Positions 42,584 through 55,300 of a stretch of 64,000 nucleotides of DNA are shown piece by piece; the first letter of the stretch is position 1; each line of letters starts with the position of its first letter. The stretch lies in the IMG/VR virus record IMGVR_UViG_3300031873_001030. One strand, given 5' to 3'. This DNA comes from a virus (taxonomy: Duplodnaviria > Heunggongvirae > Uroviricota > Caudoviricetes). The notes below the pieces were generated by a model. That model was not told the origin of the DNA, ran no database searches, and was given only the letters and a program-made list of their open reading frames with translations. Both the position numbers and the translations under genes were made by a program.

Positions 42584-43328
42584 TTTGGTACAATTCAATT
42601 GTTCTATTTGGAAAACCAAAAGAATTTGATGTGTTTACTTCTTCATCATTTTGAGGTTCGATGAAAATTCTACCTTTGTCTGTAGTGTTGAATATTATTA
42701 TTGCATGCCCTATTGTGTAATTTTTCCATTCAATATATACTAAGCCAATACTGATGTGTTGTTTAAGAGAATTTAATATGATGTCTCGACTAAAGTCCCA
42801 ACAATTATAAGTTTCATTATATGTGTTTTCATTTGTCTTATCAGTAGCTATGAAATTTTTCATATCATTATATGTTGGGTCTTGAGAATTTTCATAGAAA
42901 AGGTAGTCATTTAAATTCCACGTATTACGATAGAATGTTGTCAAGTTAGTTGTGTTAAAGACTGATATATTTGTTATGTTCAATACTGTCAAATTAGTTG
43001 TGTTAAAGACTGATATATTTGTTATGTTCAATACTGTCAAATTAGTTGTGTTAAAGACTGATATATTTGTTATGTTCAATGTTGTCAATTCTGTTATGTT
43101 CGTTACGTTTAATACTGTGATATTAGTTATGTTAAGAATTTTGATGTTTGATATCGAACTGTTGACTAAATTTATCTTATCGTCTAAAAGAGTTTTTACA
43201 CTGCTTAGTTCATTTTGTGTGGAAGTTAGACTTTTTTGTATTTCAGATGTTTTTTGAATCTGAAAAATTATTGTAATCAAGGTTGCAATAAAAATTGTGG
43301 AAAAGACGAAGATTGTCTTTGAATCCAT
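42573..43328 (-). CDS. secreted sequon-repeat protein with transglutaminase-like (Cys-His-Asp) core
   Basis: N-terminal TM; 16-aa tandem repeats ITNISVFNTTNLTVLN; C-terminal YNCWDFSRD...GHAIIIFNT...EPQNDE fits a papain/transglutaminase-like triad. Confidence 0.4.
   Translation of the reverse strand: MDSKTIFVFSTIFIATLITIIFQIQKTSEIQKSLTSTQNELSSVKTLLDDKINLVNSSISNIKILNITNITVLNVTNITELTTLNITNISVFNTTNLTVLNITNISVFNTTNLTVLNITNISVFNTTNLTTFYRNTWNLNDYLFYENSQDPTYNDMKNFIATDKTNENTYNETYNCWDFSRDIILNSLKQHISIGLVYIEWKNYTIGHAIIIFNTTDKGRIFIEPQNDEEVNTSNSFGFPNRTIELYQIIW
42939..43100. repeat. 48-bp DNA tandem repeat (about 3 copies; perfect copies 42961-43008 and 43009-43056) inside CDS 42573-43328
   Basis: Unit ACTGATATATTTGTTATGTTCAATACTGTCAAATTAGTTGTGTTAAAG read twice exactly plus partial copies. 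Confidence 0.9.
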
Positions 43329-44138
43329 AATTTATCATAGTGTTCGTTGAACTTAAGACAATCGCAGATTCTGCAACATACAGGTTGAGTCTTGTATATA
43401 CGTAGAATCATGTCCTAAACTATATGATTAAGCTTATATATTTCCAAAGCTTAATTACTAATTGTGACCAAATTACATAAAACTTTTATCCCGAAGACGG
43501 GATTTAAGAGAAATTTGTTGAATCCTATTTCACAGAGGATGAGTTTTGTATTTCCTGTTTCTTTTTACAGATTGTTGGGAGGCATCAGTATGAAGTACAA
43601 TCGTGATATGACATATATCATGATGGAAGCTGTGAATGAATGGACGATGAAGAGGGAAGGAATAAATCTTGCAGAACTTTCAAACAATGGAAGAAAAATA
43701 AAAATAGGAGGTAGATTGTAAATGGGCGGTGAATCGATAGAAGATAAGATTGCAGGTACGATACCATTAGTCATAACTACTGGAGTTGCTATGAATGTCT
43801 ATGAGAGGACTTTGGGCAGTAGCGGAAAGAAACCGAAGAAAAAGATGGTGAATAAAGTATTTGGTGCGAAGAAAATTTCTTTCGGGAATTCAAAGAAAAA
43901 TGGATTGTATGACTTGTGATGTGAGTTGAAGAAAACATGTCACATGGGGAAAAAAGACAGAGAAGGAAAAAAACTAAGAAGCAAAGGCAAAGAAAAAGGA
44001 TGAAAGAGAGGAGAGACAAAGGGAGGTAATCTATGAATGAGATTGACATCCATGAAATGAATTATTTCATCGACATGGTGTCACCAGCTTATCAAGATGA
44101 GTTGTGAAAAAAATGAGATGCGAAAACAATAGGGGTAA

Positions 44139-47100
44139 TTGCCCAATTTGGAGGGTTTTGTAATGGCAAATAGTATTTTTGGTCAGCCTCAGCCAAATCC
44201 ATTTTCACCAGGCACGACATTGCCGTCATCAAATGTAAGTGTGACGCCAAGTATGCCCATTGGTGGATTGACTGTAGGATTAGGAGGAAGTGGAAATGTT
44301 TATTATGGAGGAGCGCCTGCTGGAGGAGTTGGTCAGACTACAACAACAACTGGAGGTCCTGCGATTTATATTCCTCCACAGGAGACTGCAAAAGCAGCAG
44401 AAAAAACAATAACTCCTGCTTTGATTCCTGAAATAAAACCGCCAACTTTAAAAGTTGGTGTCGGCGGATTGGTAGAAGGTTTGGGAAAATCTGGTAATGT
44501 ATATGAAGGTGGTGTGCTTGTTGGAGGTACTACTCCATGGGGTCCTGTAGTTAAGGAAGGTGGTGTCAGTTATGTCCCAACTGGAAGGACAGCTGAAACT
44601 GGAGAGACAATTTATTCTGGAACTCAGATAAGTTCTGCAACACCTATTGGAACTTTTGTGCCTGCAAAGAGAATTGAAATAACTCCACTGATGCCAGAGA
44701 TTAGTGTACAACCAGCTACAGCTGGTGCTATAGGTCTTTCATTTCCTGCAGGTGTTTTGTCTGTAAAATCTGGTCCAGTTGATGTGAGCAAACTTTCTCC
44801 AGATGTGCAGACTGCGTTGGGAAATCTTCAAGGAAAGGTGCAGGCTGAATATCCAGGATTCAAGCTTGCAAGTTGGACTCGTGAAGGTGATGAGCTGAAA
44901 GGTGTTTTGGAACCTGTGAAGTATGTCTCACTTGGAACTGATGTTACGAAAGCGACTGCTGCCATAAAGGATTTGGGATTGAAAGAAGGTGATTATAAAT
45001 TATATACTGGAATTGGTGGGGATTATCAGCTTGTGACTGATAAGGTGTCAAGCCAGAAATACGTGAGTGGTCTTCTTTCCAGTTATTCAGTTATTCCTAT
45101 AACTGGGTATGGACAGTATAGAGGGTCTGATGAGAGGATTGCATTGAAGTTTCTTGATAAGGAAGGTTATATCAAAGATGGTGTGATAAGCAAAGATGTT
45201 CAAGTGATAGGGGATATAGGAGTAGGAGGAACTGGTGCGATGATAGTTTTAAAGGGAAGTACAAAGAGTTCTGAAGATTTGTCAAAGACTTATTTTTCTT
45301 CCTTGACTGAAGTGCAGAAGGAAGATACTGCGATGGCAAGAGGAGAGTTGCAGATTGCTCAGGAAAAGGAACTTTTGAGACAACCTGGTATGAGTGTTGA
45401 AAAGGGAGCTGCTTGGTGGAATTTGAATGTTGGTCCTTATATGCTTTCTCCAAAGGACCCTCTTGGTCTGAGGAGTGCTTACATAGGAGTTGAAGGTTTG
45501 GTAAAAGGAACTCCTGTCAGTGTCATACAAAAGGACATAGAAGCTAGCAGGCTTTCTGCAGAACAGGAATTTCTTCAGAGAAAATATATGGGAGAGTCTT
45601 GGACTAAATCATTATGGGAAGCTCCTGCAACGCAGCCTTTGAAAGTTGCTGCTACTTGGTATGGCGGTGGTCTTTTGTTGGGAGGTGCTGCTGGAGTTCT
45701 TAAAACTGCTGAAGTAGGTGCTGGTATAGTATCAAAAGCTCCATGGCTTGCAACTACAGGAAGAGTTATTTCAACTGCTGGAAAAGTTGCGACAAGTGTT
45801 CCAGGACAAGTTGTAATTGGTTCAGGATTGTATGGTTTTACTGAAAGAGGAAATATAATGGCACTTGCAAAAGGAGGTGTTCCAAGAGACATTGTTCCTG
45901 GAATGATTTTTGACGCATCACAATTTGGATTTGCATATGGCGGTGCAGCTGCAGGTTTTCCAGTTGGTTATTCTAGAGGTGCTGGATTGGGTTATGCTTT
46001 CAAGCCTGGTGCATTGCCTCCATCTGAAACATTCGTGGCAGAAATCAGAGGGACTGGAGTATCTGGAATTCCAGGTGAATTGCAAGGATTGAAACTTGGG
46101 ACAAGGGTTGCTGGAGAAGTTCCAAAGGGTTTTGTTCCAAAAGGATTTAGTGAAGGTGTTCCTTATAGGGCGTTCTTGCAGGAGGGTGTGACAGTTACAA
46201 GAGCTGGAGAAGTTGTACCTTCTGGGACTTTGATGCCAACTATTGCAGAAATGGAACCTGCAAAACCTTTGATGCAGAGGATTGCCACTGCAATGACAAA
46301 GCCAAGCGAATTGATTCCTAAGATGCTTCCTGGAGGACCTACTGTTGAAGCTCCTTTTCTTGAATCAATCAGATATGGTGAAGAAAAGATAGCGAAAGGA
46401 GGAACTAAGGATATTTATGCTGCAGGTTATCAGCCAGGAACTACAATATGGTCAAGATTGAAGATGCCTGTTGAAGGAGCGCAGTATGGGATTGCTGAAG
46501 GTTTTAAGACTGTTACAGCTGAGAGTCCTCTTGCTTCGTTGACAGAAAAATACACTACAAGGATGGCATTGAGAGCTACTGGCGCTCCTATTGAAGCGGG
46601 AGATGTTGTTCCAGTGAAAATAATGGCAAAGACAGATTTTATTGTAAATGATGAAGGGATAGCTGCGATGTTGAAATCTGGAAAGAATCTTGCAGATATT
46701 GAAAAATTGAAAGGTGCTGATATAATACAGCGTGATATTGAATTTGCAGATAAGCCTGCTGTAAGGTACACTAGATTTATTGATAAGGAAACTGGAAAAT
46801 CTTTGGTTGTGTTGAAGCAGACTGCAGCTCCTACAATAGAGGAAGTTGTTGCTTTGGCAGAGGAAGGAAAGACTTTGATAAAACCTGAATATGTTGGAGG
46901 AAAGGTTGCAGGCTATAGTATAAGAGGTACTGAAATAGTTGGAGAGGGGAAAGAATTTGCAGGAGGAGTGCGTTATAAAAAGGGTGTTGAAGTAGTTGGT
47001 AAGGAACAAGTGACAGGAATAGCTCTTGATGATAAGACATTTAACGCATTGATGGATAAATATGGAAACAAGATATTGAGGGTTTCATCTCCGACAACTG

Positions 47101-48161
47101 CAAGAGATATAGCAGCTCTTGAGGCAAGTGCTGAAGGCGGTGTCACAAGAGGGACAAGCGAGCTTTCTGTCATCAGATACGTCTCAAGGGGACAATTTGA
47201 AGATTATCTGAAATCAAGAACTGGAGTAAGTAGTGTGAAGGGTGGTGAATATCCTCCTACTGAAGCTGGAACTTTTGGAACTGTTTCAATTGAAAGGCCT
47301 GAAGTTCCTAGACTTCCTAAGGTACCAGAAGAAAAAATAGTTCCACCTGAAGCTGGAGTTTCAAAAGGAGGTCTTATGTCTGAAGGCGAGAGAGTGATGT
47401 CAATTGCTCTTTCAGAAGAAGTTGGAAGACCAGCAGTCGGATTGGAAGAACGTCCTTTGAGATTCACTGAAAAGTATTTTGGGATGCAAACTCCATCCTT
47501 TGGAGTGACATCTGTTGAAGGTGCAGGGATAATAAGTTCTGACATAGCCATTGCTACAAAGTCTGCTGTTGGAATGCGTGAACAATTAGTTGCAGCTCCA
47601 GAGATTAGTGTTAGAACTATGTTGAAACCATCTGCAATTATGACTAGTGTAAATATTGAGGATGTGTTGCTTAAGATTTCTGAAAGTATTTTAGGCAAGT
47701 TGCAGCCAAGGATAAGTACTGATATCACTGATGTAGGAATGAGGATTGAACCGATAACTTCTCCTATTGTTACAACTAAGGTTACAACTGCTGTTGATAT
47801 AACACCTATACCTATGAATTTGATAGCTCCTATTACAACTTTTAAAGGACCAATTGTGACTGTCAGACCTCCAATAATACCTCCTGGTGGTGGGGGCGGT
47901 GGTGGAGAAGGTAAAAAACCTGAAAGAGAATATTTTGGATATTTCGGTCGTAAAAAAGCAGGAAAGAGAATTTTAAGTTCTGATTTGTTTTCTGTTGCTG
48001 TGTCTCAGGCTGCGTATGGAAAAGCCACTACTCCAAAGTTTAGTAGGAAAGAAGTTTCTGAACTTGAGAGCAGAGGTTTGATAAGAGTTCCTACAGCTGA
48101 GATATCTGGAATCCCAAGTTCTGGAGAATTATTGAAAAGATTGTTAGGAGGTAGAAAATGA
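44139..48161 (+). CDS. large Gly/Val/Thr/Pro-rich protein (1340 aa), structural or surface-associated
   Basis: Recurrent GGSGNVYYGG / GKSGNVYEGG glycine-rich repeats; C-terminal PPIIPPGGGGGGGEGKK; no TM; first gene of a coupled operon. Confidence 0.5.
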   Translation: MPNLEGFVMANSIFGQPQPNPFSPGTTLPSSNVSVTPSMPIGGLTVGLGGSGNVYYGGAPAGGVGQTTTTTGGPAIYIPPQETAKAAEKTITPALIPEIKPPTLKVGVGGLVEGLGKSGNVYEGGVLVGGTTPWGPVVKEGGVSYVPTGRTAETGETIYSGTQISSATPIGTFVPAKRIEITPLMPEISVQPATAGAIGLSFPAGVLSVKSGPVDVSKLSPDVQTALGNLQGKVQAEYPGFKLASWTREGDELKGVLEPVKYVSLGTDVTKATAAIKDLGLKEGDYKLYTGIGGDYQLVTDKVSSQKYVSGLLSSYSVIPITGYGQYRGSDERIALKFLDKEGYIKDGVISKDVQVIGDIGVGGTGAMIVLKGSTKSSEDLSKTYFSSLTEVQKEDTAMARGELQIAQEKELLRQPGMSVEKGAAWWNLNVGPYMLSPKDPLGLRSAYIGVEGLVKGTPVSVIQKDIEASRLSAEQEFLQRKYMGESWTKSLWEAPATQPLKVAATWYGGGLLLGGAAGVLKTAEVGAGIVSKAPWLATTGRVISTAGKVATSVPGQVVIGSGLYGFTERGNIMALAKGGVPRDIVPGMIFDASQFGFAYGGAAAGFPVGYSRGAGLGYAFKPGALPPSETFVAEIRGTGVSGIPGELQGLKLGTRVAGEVPKGFVPKGFSEGVPYRAFLQEGVTVTRAGEVVPSGTLMPTIAEMEPAKPLMQRIATAMTKPSELIPKMLPGGPTVEAPFLESIRYGEEKIAKGGTKDIYAAGYQPGTTIWSRLKMPVEGAQYGIAEGFKTVTAESPLASLTEKYTTRMALRATGAPIEAGDVVPVKIMAKTDFIVNDEGIAAMLKSGKNLADIEKLKGADIIQRDIEFADKPAVRYTRFIDKETGKSLVVLKQTAAPTIEEVVALAEEGKTLIKPEYVGGKVAGYSIRGTEIVGEGKEFAGGVRYKKGVEVVGKEQVTGIALDDKTFNALMDKYGNKILRVSSPTTARDIAALEASAEGGVTRGTSELSVIRYVSRGQFEDYLKSRTGVSSVKGGEYPPTEAGTFGTVSIERPEVPRLPKVPEEKIVPPEAGVSKGGLMSEGERVMSIALSEEVGRPAVGLEERPLRFTEKYFGMQTPSFGVTSVEGAGIISSDIAIATKSAVGMREQLVAAPEISVRTMLKPSAIMTSVNIEDVLLKISESILGKLQPRISTDITDVGMRIEPITSPIVTTKVTTAVDITPIPMNLIAPITTFKGPIVTVRPPIIPPGGGGGGGEGKKPEREYFGYFGRKKAGKRILSSDLFSVAVSQAAYGKATTPKFSRKEVSELESRGLIRVPTAEISGIPSSGELLKRLLGGRK

Positions 48162-48304
48162 AACTTACAAAGGAAAAGATAGCGTATTTCATCAAGGACG
48201 AGAAGAAAGCTGTGAAGGAATATCACAAGTATGGCCTGCACAATCTTGAAAAGGACGAGCGCAAGCATAAGAAATTCCTGCTTAAAAAATTAGGGGGAAA
48301 GTAA
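48158..48304 (+). CDS. 48-aa lysine-rich micro-protein, coupled on both sides (ATGA ... TAAATG)
   Basis: Start overlaps the upstream stop and its stop overlaps the downstream start; below track cutoff. Confidence 0.3.
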   Translation: MKLTKEKIAYFIKDEKKAVKEYHKYGLHNLEKDERKHKKFLLKKLGGK

Positions 48305-48928
48305 ATGCCAGAAGAAAAATGGAGGAAAAGATTAACATTTCAACCTTCTCCTGGAGCTTCTATAATGGATGCTTTTAAGATTGCAGAAGATTTGCCGCAA
48401 CTGACTACAGGAAAATTGCCATTGGGAGAAACAGAAAGAGAAATCAAGTCAAAAGAATGGTATGGGGCGACACGTCCAGAGGAATATGAGGAAAGGGAAC
48501 GGATAAAGAGAGAGGCTATGGTAAGGGAAGGAGTTAGGAGAAATCCGAAGTTGCCTGAACCTGAGATGGTTGGTGGGAAGGAAGGAATTGAAATTTTTAG
48601 TCCTGCTAAATCCTCGCTAACTTATGGTAGTCAGCCTCAAATAAGGGAAGCTGAAGATGTTCTCTCAAGGAAAGAAAAACTTAGAGCTAGGGCGCAAGTA
48701 TTGTCTGAAAAGGTTGAAGCAGAAAGTTTAAGAAGAAGAGAATTTGAAGAATGGAGAAGTTCTCCGAAAGGTGCTCCATTGAGATTTGCAGAGACTGTTG
48801 GTGCAAGATTTCTTAATCCAAGAGAGCTTCGTAGGATTCCCGCAATACCAAAAATGCCATTTGGCGGGTATAAAAAATATGGAAGGGGAATTGAAAGGAG
48901 AAAAGCTAAATTGCTTTTCAGCAGGTAA
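48305..48928 (+). CDS. charged hypothetical protein (207 aa)
   Basis: ORF track. Confidence 0.4.
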   Translation: MPEEKWRKRLTFQPSPGASIMDAFKIAEDLPQLTTGKLPLGETEREIKSKEWYGATRPEEYEERERIKREAMVREGVRRNPKLPEPEMVGGKEGIEIFSPAKSSLTYGSQPQIREAEDVLSRKEKLRARAQVLSEKVEAESLRRREFEEWRSSPKGAPLRFAETVGARFLNPRELRRIPAIPKMPFGGYKKYGRGIERRKAKLLFSR

Positions 48929-49089
48929 AATAAAAATGGGAGATTCAAGATGAAATTAGTTAAAAGGAATGGTCAGTTCTTGGAGGAATGAACTAAGATG
49001 AATATCACTAGACAATTGTGGTTAGAAAAAAATAGAGATATGATTAGTGATTATAATAAAAATTATTATCTGAAGGAGGAAAAAAAATA

Positions 49090-49320
49090 ATGAGATTAAA
49101 AAAAGTCAAAGGTCAGTTTCTCATAGTTTCCATGATTGCCACATTTATGACAGTGACGGCATTCATCGTAATCTATCCGATATTGAGCAGCCAGATAAAT
49201 TCAGCAGTTGGAGATATGGATGTTTATTCTGCAACTATGCTGAAACTGACTCCGTTCTTCATATTGGTTAGCATAATACTGACGATAGTGTTCGCATCAA
49301 TGCCTATGAGAGAAGGTTGA
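49090..49320 (+). CDS. small membrane protein (76 aa, 2 TM)
   Basis: Two hydrophobic helices; AAGGAGGA upstream. Confidence 0.35.
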   Translation: MRLKKVKGQFLIVSMIATFMTVTAFIVIYPILSSQINSAVGDMDVYSATMLKLTPFFILVSIILTIVFASMPMREG

Positions 49321-49388
49321 ACACCGATAACGGTGTTGAAGAACTTTTTCAAATTAGGAGGAACTGACATGAAAGTAAAGAGTACAAT

Positions 49389-52300
49389 ATGCATTGGAAA
49401 CATTTACTTACTCATAAGTCTCTTTTTCTGGAGGGGATTCGAATCAGTATAAGATTGTCAAAGGCAACTGTAAAGATTACAAGCTTGATATTCGCATTGG
49501 CTCTGATTGGAACTTTTGGCTATCTTTTTATCTCCAATGTCAGCAACAAAGTGAGTGGAGATTCTTATAATGACATAAATATGAGTGATATAGTCAATAA
49601 TACTATAGTGACAGCATCTAGTTATTCGAATTATGAATATGAGGTGACTAAAAATGTATACAAGACTTATTTCCAAGACAATATCAATTCAGGTGAAGCT
49701 GTAAGGTTTGAGAAGGATGGATATTATTTCATATATGATTTGAGTGGTGGAAAGATTCAGTGGGCAGAACAAGATGGAAACCCTACGAAGACAAAGTCCA
49801 TAGGAGCAATATTATCTTCTCCGATAAGTCTTGCTGGTGATAAAGTTTATTACAATGATGCTTTTGCATATACAAATGTGAGTTATCTTATCTTGAATGA
49901 CATGCTCAAAGAGAATTTCATATTGTCATCATCGTTGCCGATAGATGACACATACTTGTATTTGGAATATACTGGTGAGATAAAGCATTCGGATAGTCTG
50001 ATGATTTATGCAAATGATAAGAATCAGACTGAAAAGAATTTTGTAACTCAAGGTAAGATAGAATTCAAGGATGTAAATGGAACTACGATATTTTTCTTAC
50101 CAGCACCTACAGTAACTGATTCGAATGGAAAGTCGGAATATGGTTTTTATGATATAAAAATTTCCAGTGGAAAGATTGCATTCAATCTTAGAGTGAACAG
50201 CACTTTCTTGAAAAATGCCGCTTACCCAGTGTATATAGACCCAACTATTAGAACTTTCAATGATACATTATCATCAAAAAACTTGACATTTATATGGAAT
50301 CAGAATCAGACACTTTATATATCAATACCAAAAAATGCTATAGTTACAAATGCTTACTTGAATTTGAGTGGATTCCCGGCACAGAATAATGTAAATTTCT
50401 TTGACCCCTTAGACAATGGAAATTATATTAGTTCAACCAATGCTATAGTAAGTGGCGGGCAAATAACATTAAATCGTCAAAACAATACAGGGGAAAGTTT
50501 TACTTCACCTCCCTGCAGTGAAATACAATATATAGGCGGTACCGTACCAGGTACTTATGCAACTGCACAATCCTTTAGAGCATCGGGTGTGTATCTTTCA
50601 TATATTAAAGTCAAGTTCTTCAATCAAGTCACCGCAACATTATCAATAAGGTCGAGTTTAGCTGGAGCCAATCTTGTTTCTACAAGTGTTGCAAGCGGAG
50701 ATGAGAGATATTATGAATGGTATATCACAAACCCACCAGCGCTCACTGTTGGTAATACTTACTACATAGTTCTTACATGGAGTTCTGACGGAAGCAATTA
50801 TGGAGGCTTGAGACAGGCTTGCTACAATTATTTGTATCCGAACGGAACTTATTATGCTTACTTGTTAAGTTCCTGGAACACTGAACCGAATGGGGCTTAC
50901 TATGACCATGCTTTTGAAACAAAATACTGGGAGTATGATACAAGCAATTATGTTAATTCAGTTGCAATAGACACCACATCATATTATTTGAATGCAACCT
51001 TAACAAAATCAGATAACATACCAGCAGGAACATCAATAACTTATTATTTAAGTTCAAATGGTGGCGCGTCTTGGGAACAAGTCACCTCAGGCATAAATCA
51101 TACATTCTCTAATATCGGGCAAGATATCAGATGGAGAGGAGTATTGACAACAAATTCTGATAGGTCATCAACACCAACACTTTATAACATGACTGTGAAT
51201 GCATCTCAAGGGTATTGGCCAATGAATCCTTATCTTGATATTTCTGGGGATGGAGACGTGGAATGGAATTATACAGGAACATTTAATCAATCAAACAATA
51301 GGACAGCAAACTTATCCTCTGAAATAAACACATATTTGTCGACTTGTACACCAACAAGTGGGAATTGCACAATGCCATTAGTATTCCATTCAGATACAGC
51401 AGGAATAATTCAGGTTTCAGATATCAACATAACATATAATGTGCCTTTTATATCGGTTTGGAATACTTCAAAGGCAGGAACTAGCAACTCTACACAGATT
51501 GAATTGCCTTTATACAATGGAGGCACTTATGCATTTACAGTGGACTGGGGTGATGGAACAACAGATTACATCACTTCATATCTGAATGATAACCACACTT
51601 ATGCGACAGCAGGGGTTTACGTTGTGAACATAGCTGGGACTATAAATGGATTCAGGTTCAACAATGGTGGCGACAGATTAAAGATTATCAACATCACACA
51701 ATGGGGAGACTTGAATGTAGGAAATTCTGGTAATTATTTTCACGGTTGTGCTAATTTGAATAGCAATGCCACTGATAACTTGAATTTGGCAGGAACTACG
51801 GATTTGTCTAATATGTTTTATTCAGCTACTTCCTTCAATGGAAGTATTTCAGGCTGGGATACAAGTGGTGTCACTTCCATGTATACTATGTTCTATGGCG
51901 CTTCTAATTTTAATTCGAATATTTCAAGCTGGAATACAGGAAATGTAATCAATATGGAATATATGTTTTATACCGCTTCTTCCTTTAATCAGAATATTTC
52001 AAACTGGAATACAGGAAAAGTCACTAGTATGTTAAGTATGTTTCATGGTGCCACTTCTTTCAATCAGAACATAAGCAATTGGGATGTCAGTAAAGTCACT
52101 ACTATGTCTGATATGTTTCATAGTGCTACTTCCTTCAATGGAAATATTTCAGGCTGGAATGTAGTCAATGTCACTACTATGTATGATATGTTCCATAGTG
52201 CCACTTCTTTCAATCAGAGTATGAGTAGTTGGAATACAGGAAATGTTGCTACTATGTTTTCCATGTTTTATGGTGCTACTGCTTTCAATGGCAATATTTC

Positions 52301-55300
52301 AGGCTGGAATACAGGAAATGTCAATAATATGGTAGCTATGTTTTATAATACTCCTTTTAATCAGAATATTGGAAATTGGAATGTCAGCAGTGTCACTACC
52401 ACATATCAGATGTTTTATAGTGCTTCTATTTTCAATCAGAATATCAGTAGTTGGAACACAAGTAAAGTCATTACTATGAGTGAGATGTTTCGTGGTGCTT
52501 CTGCTTTCAATCAGAATATAAGCAATTGGGATACAAGCAAAGTCACTACTATGACCAATATGTTTTATGATGCTACTTCATTCAATGGCAATGTTTCAGG
52601 CTGGAATATAGGAAATGTCACTACTATTGATTATATGTTCCGTGGTGCTACTTCTTTCAACCAGAGTATGAATAATTGGAACACAAGTAAAGTCACTACT
52701 ATGTATGCTATGTTCTATGGCGCTTCTAATTTTAATGGAAATATTTCAAATTGGAATACAAGCAATGTCATTGCCATGGATTATATGTTTTATAATACTG
52801 CTTTCAATCAGAATATTTCAAGCTGGAATACAGGAAAAGTCGCTAGTATGGCAGGTATGTTTCAGAGTGCTGCTTCCTTCAATCAGAATCTTAGTTCTTG
52901 GAATGTCAGTTCAGTGACTAATGCGGCAAATATGTTTTTGTCTGTGACATTATCTACTCCCAATTATGATTCCTTGCTTGTTGGATGGGGCAGCAGGGTT
53001 GAAAAGAATGCTACTGTTTTTTCGGGAGGTAATTCCAAGTATTCTGCTGCTGGTCTTGCTGGCAGGAATAATTTGACTGGTATTTATAATAATTGGACTA
53101 TCACTGATGGTGGTCCTGTGGACATAATTAATCCGACATATACTAACTTCGGTTCAGATTACACGAATAACACAGCAGTAAATGGCGGAAGTATTTTAAC
53201 TTATTATGCGAAATGGATAGATAATATCCAATTAGACAAATGTGTAAACTCAAGCAAGATAAATACCTCAGGCAGCTGGACTAATGGAACTTGGGCATCA
53301 GCAGGAACAGGTAACTGGACTAACTACACAGTAAAATTTCCAGCAGAAGTAGGAAGCAACTATACAGTAAAAATCTATTGTAACGATACTTCTGGATACA
53401 TGAATGTGACTGGAACTTTATTCTGGTGGGCAGAGAGTTTTGTGATAACTCAGAATCATACTTGGCAAGGTACGACATTGGAAGATGACAATACATTCGC
53501 ATATTCTCCAACGTTGAATGTGAGTTTCCAGATGACTGCATTGAATTTTGACAATGGAACATTTGAATTTGACGGAGCTAATTATACAATTTCTACAAAT
53601 CCAAAAGTTTACAACAATACCAATGGAGTTTATTGGATTAATTTTACAAATAAAAAACCAGGAAATTATAATTTCAAATGGTATGCCAGTACGATTAGTG
53701 GAATATGGAAAAATACAAGTCAAGTGACTTTGATAGTTACAAAGGCATATCCTGCATTTTCAAATTCAGTTACAACACCGATAAATTATCTTACTGCATC
53801 TGATTATGCAAGTAATGGAAATAATTTAGGTTGTGATGACTGTACATATTATACAAAAAGGAATGGAACTCAGATATGTGTTGGAGCTTGTTCAGATACG
53901 ACTGTATTAGGAGCAAGTGCATATAATTATACAATCTATACGGCTGGAGGTGAGAATTATACTTCAGGCCAGAGTGAATTGGATTTGACTGTGAATAAAA
54001 TCATATTGTCAGGTACGATAAATTCTCCTGATGTGACTTATCCTACTGGAATGTCAATAACTGGAAGCGAATCAAATACTGGAGATGGAGATGTCGCATA
54101 TCAAACTTGTTTAGATAATGTATGTACATTAGGCAAGGGACCAAATACTTTTAATTATGGTGCGAATACTTACACTTGCAAGTTCAACACCACTGGAGCT
54201 ACTTTTGAAAACTATACGGCAAGTGCAAGCATAGCTATAGACTCATGCACTATAAACAAAGGTACGTCACTTTCGCTGTCGATAAATTCAAATGTGACAT
54301 CACCGATAACATATCCTATACCATCATCGATAAACGGAAGTGGGTGTGTGTTTGGAGCTGGTTATGGGACAGATATAGTTTGTACTTTATACAGAGGAAA
54401 TTCAACTTGGTCAGGAACTGGAAATGATACGGCAATCTTAGGAGCGGGCATCTATGCATATAATTATTCTACTCCAGGAGGAACAAACTGGACTGCAACA
54501 TCTGCAAGCAATTATACACTGATAGTGAACAGGGGAAGTCTTTCTTTATCGATAAATTCCAATGTCACGTCTCCGATAACATATCCTACACCATCATCGG
54601 TAAATGGAAGTGGATGTGCAGGAAGTGATGTAGTCTGCACTTTATACAGAGGAAATTCGTCTTGGTCTGGAACAGGAAATGATTCTGCAGTTTTATCTGC
54701 AGGTGTGTATGCATATAATTATTCCACTCCAGGTGGAACTAACTATTCAGCAGCATCTGCTGTTAATTATACATTGGTAGTGCTTGGTAATACTCCGCCA
54801 ACATATTCGTATTTTGGTGCAACTGTTCCAAATAATACAGTAGTGGTTGGTGGAAGTGTTGTGACTTATTATGCAAAATGGTCAGATGATGTCCAATTGG
54901 ATAAGTGTGCAAATTCTTCGAGAGTGAATAATTCAGCATGGGTTAATGGGACATGGGTATCTCCAGGAACAGGCAATTGGACGAACTATACAGTAGCATT
55001 TCCATCTGAGCGTGGGAGCAACTTGACAATAAGGATTTATTGCAATGATAGTGTCGGGCAGATGGTTGAGACTGGAACTTTGTTCTGGATTATAGATTAT
55101 TATCCATATTCAAATTCTACAGGACAAGCAAGCAATTCGATACCTTCAGGGACTAACAACACGTTATTTTCTAAATTATTTGCTGGTGGCGGAGGCACTA
55201 CACTTAGTTGGGCATGGCTATCTACAAATGAAACAGGAGCGTGGAAAAATTATACAATTACTAATTATACGTATTATAGTGTAATCTTAAATGAATCAAA

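Noticed and set aside
46430-47728. Minus-strand ORFs (113-185 aa) inside the 1340-aa gene
   Set aside because: They are antisense to a long sense ORF with consistent composition, so they are considered shadow ORFs.
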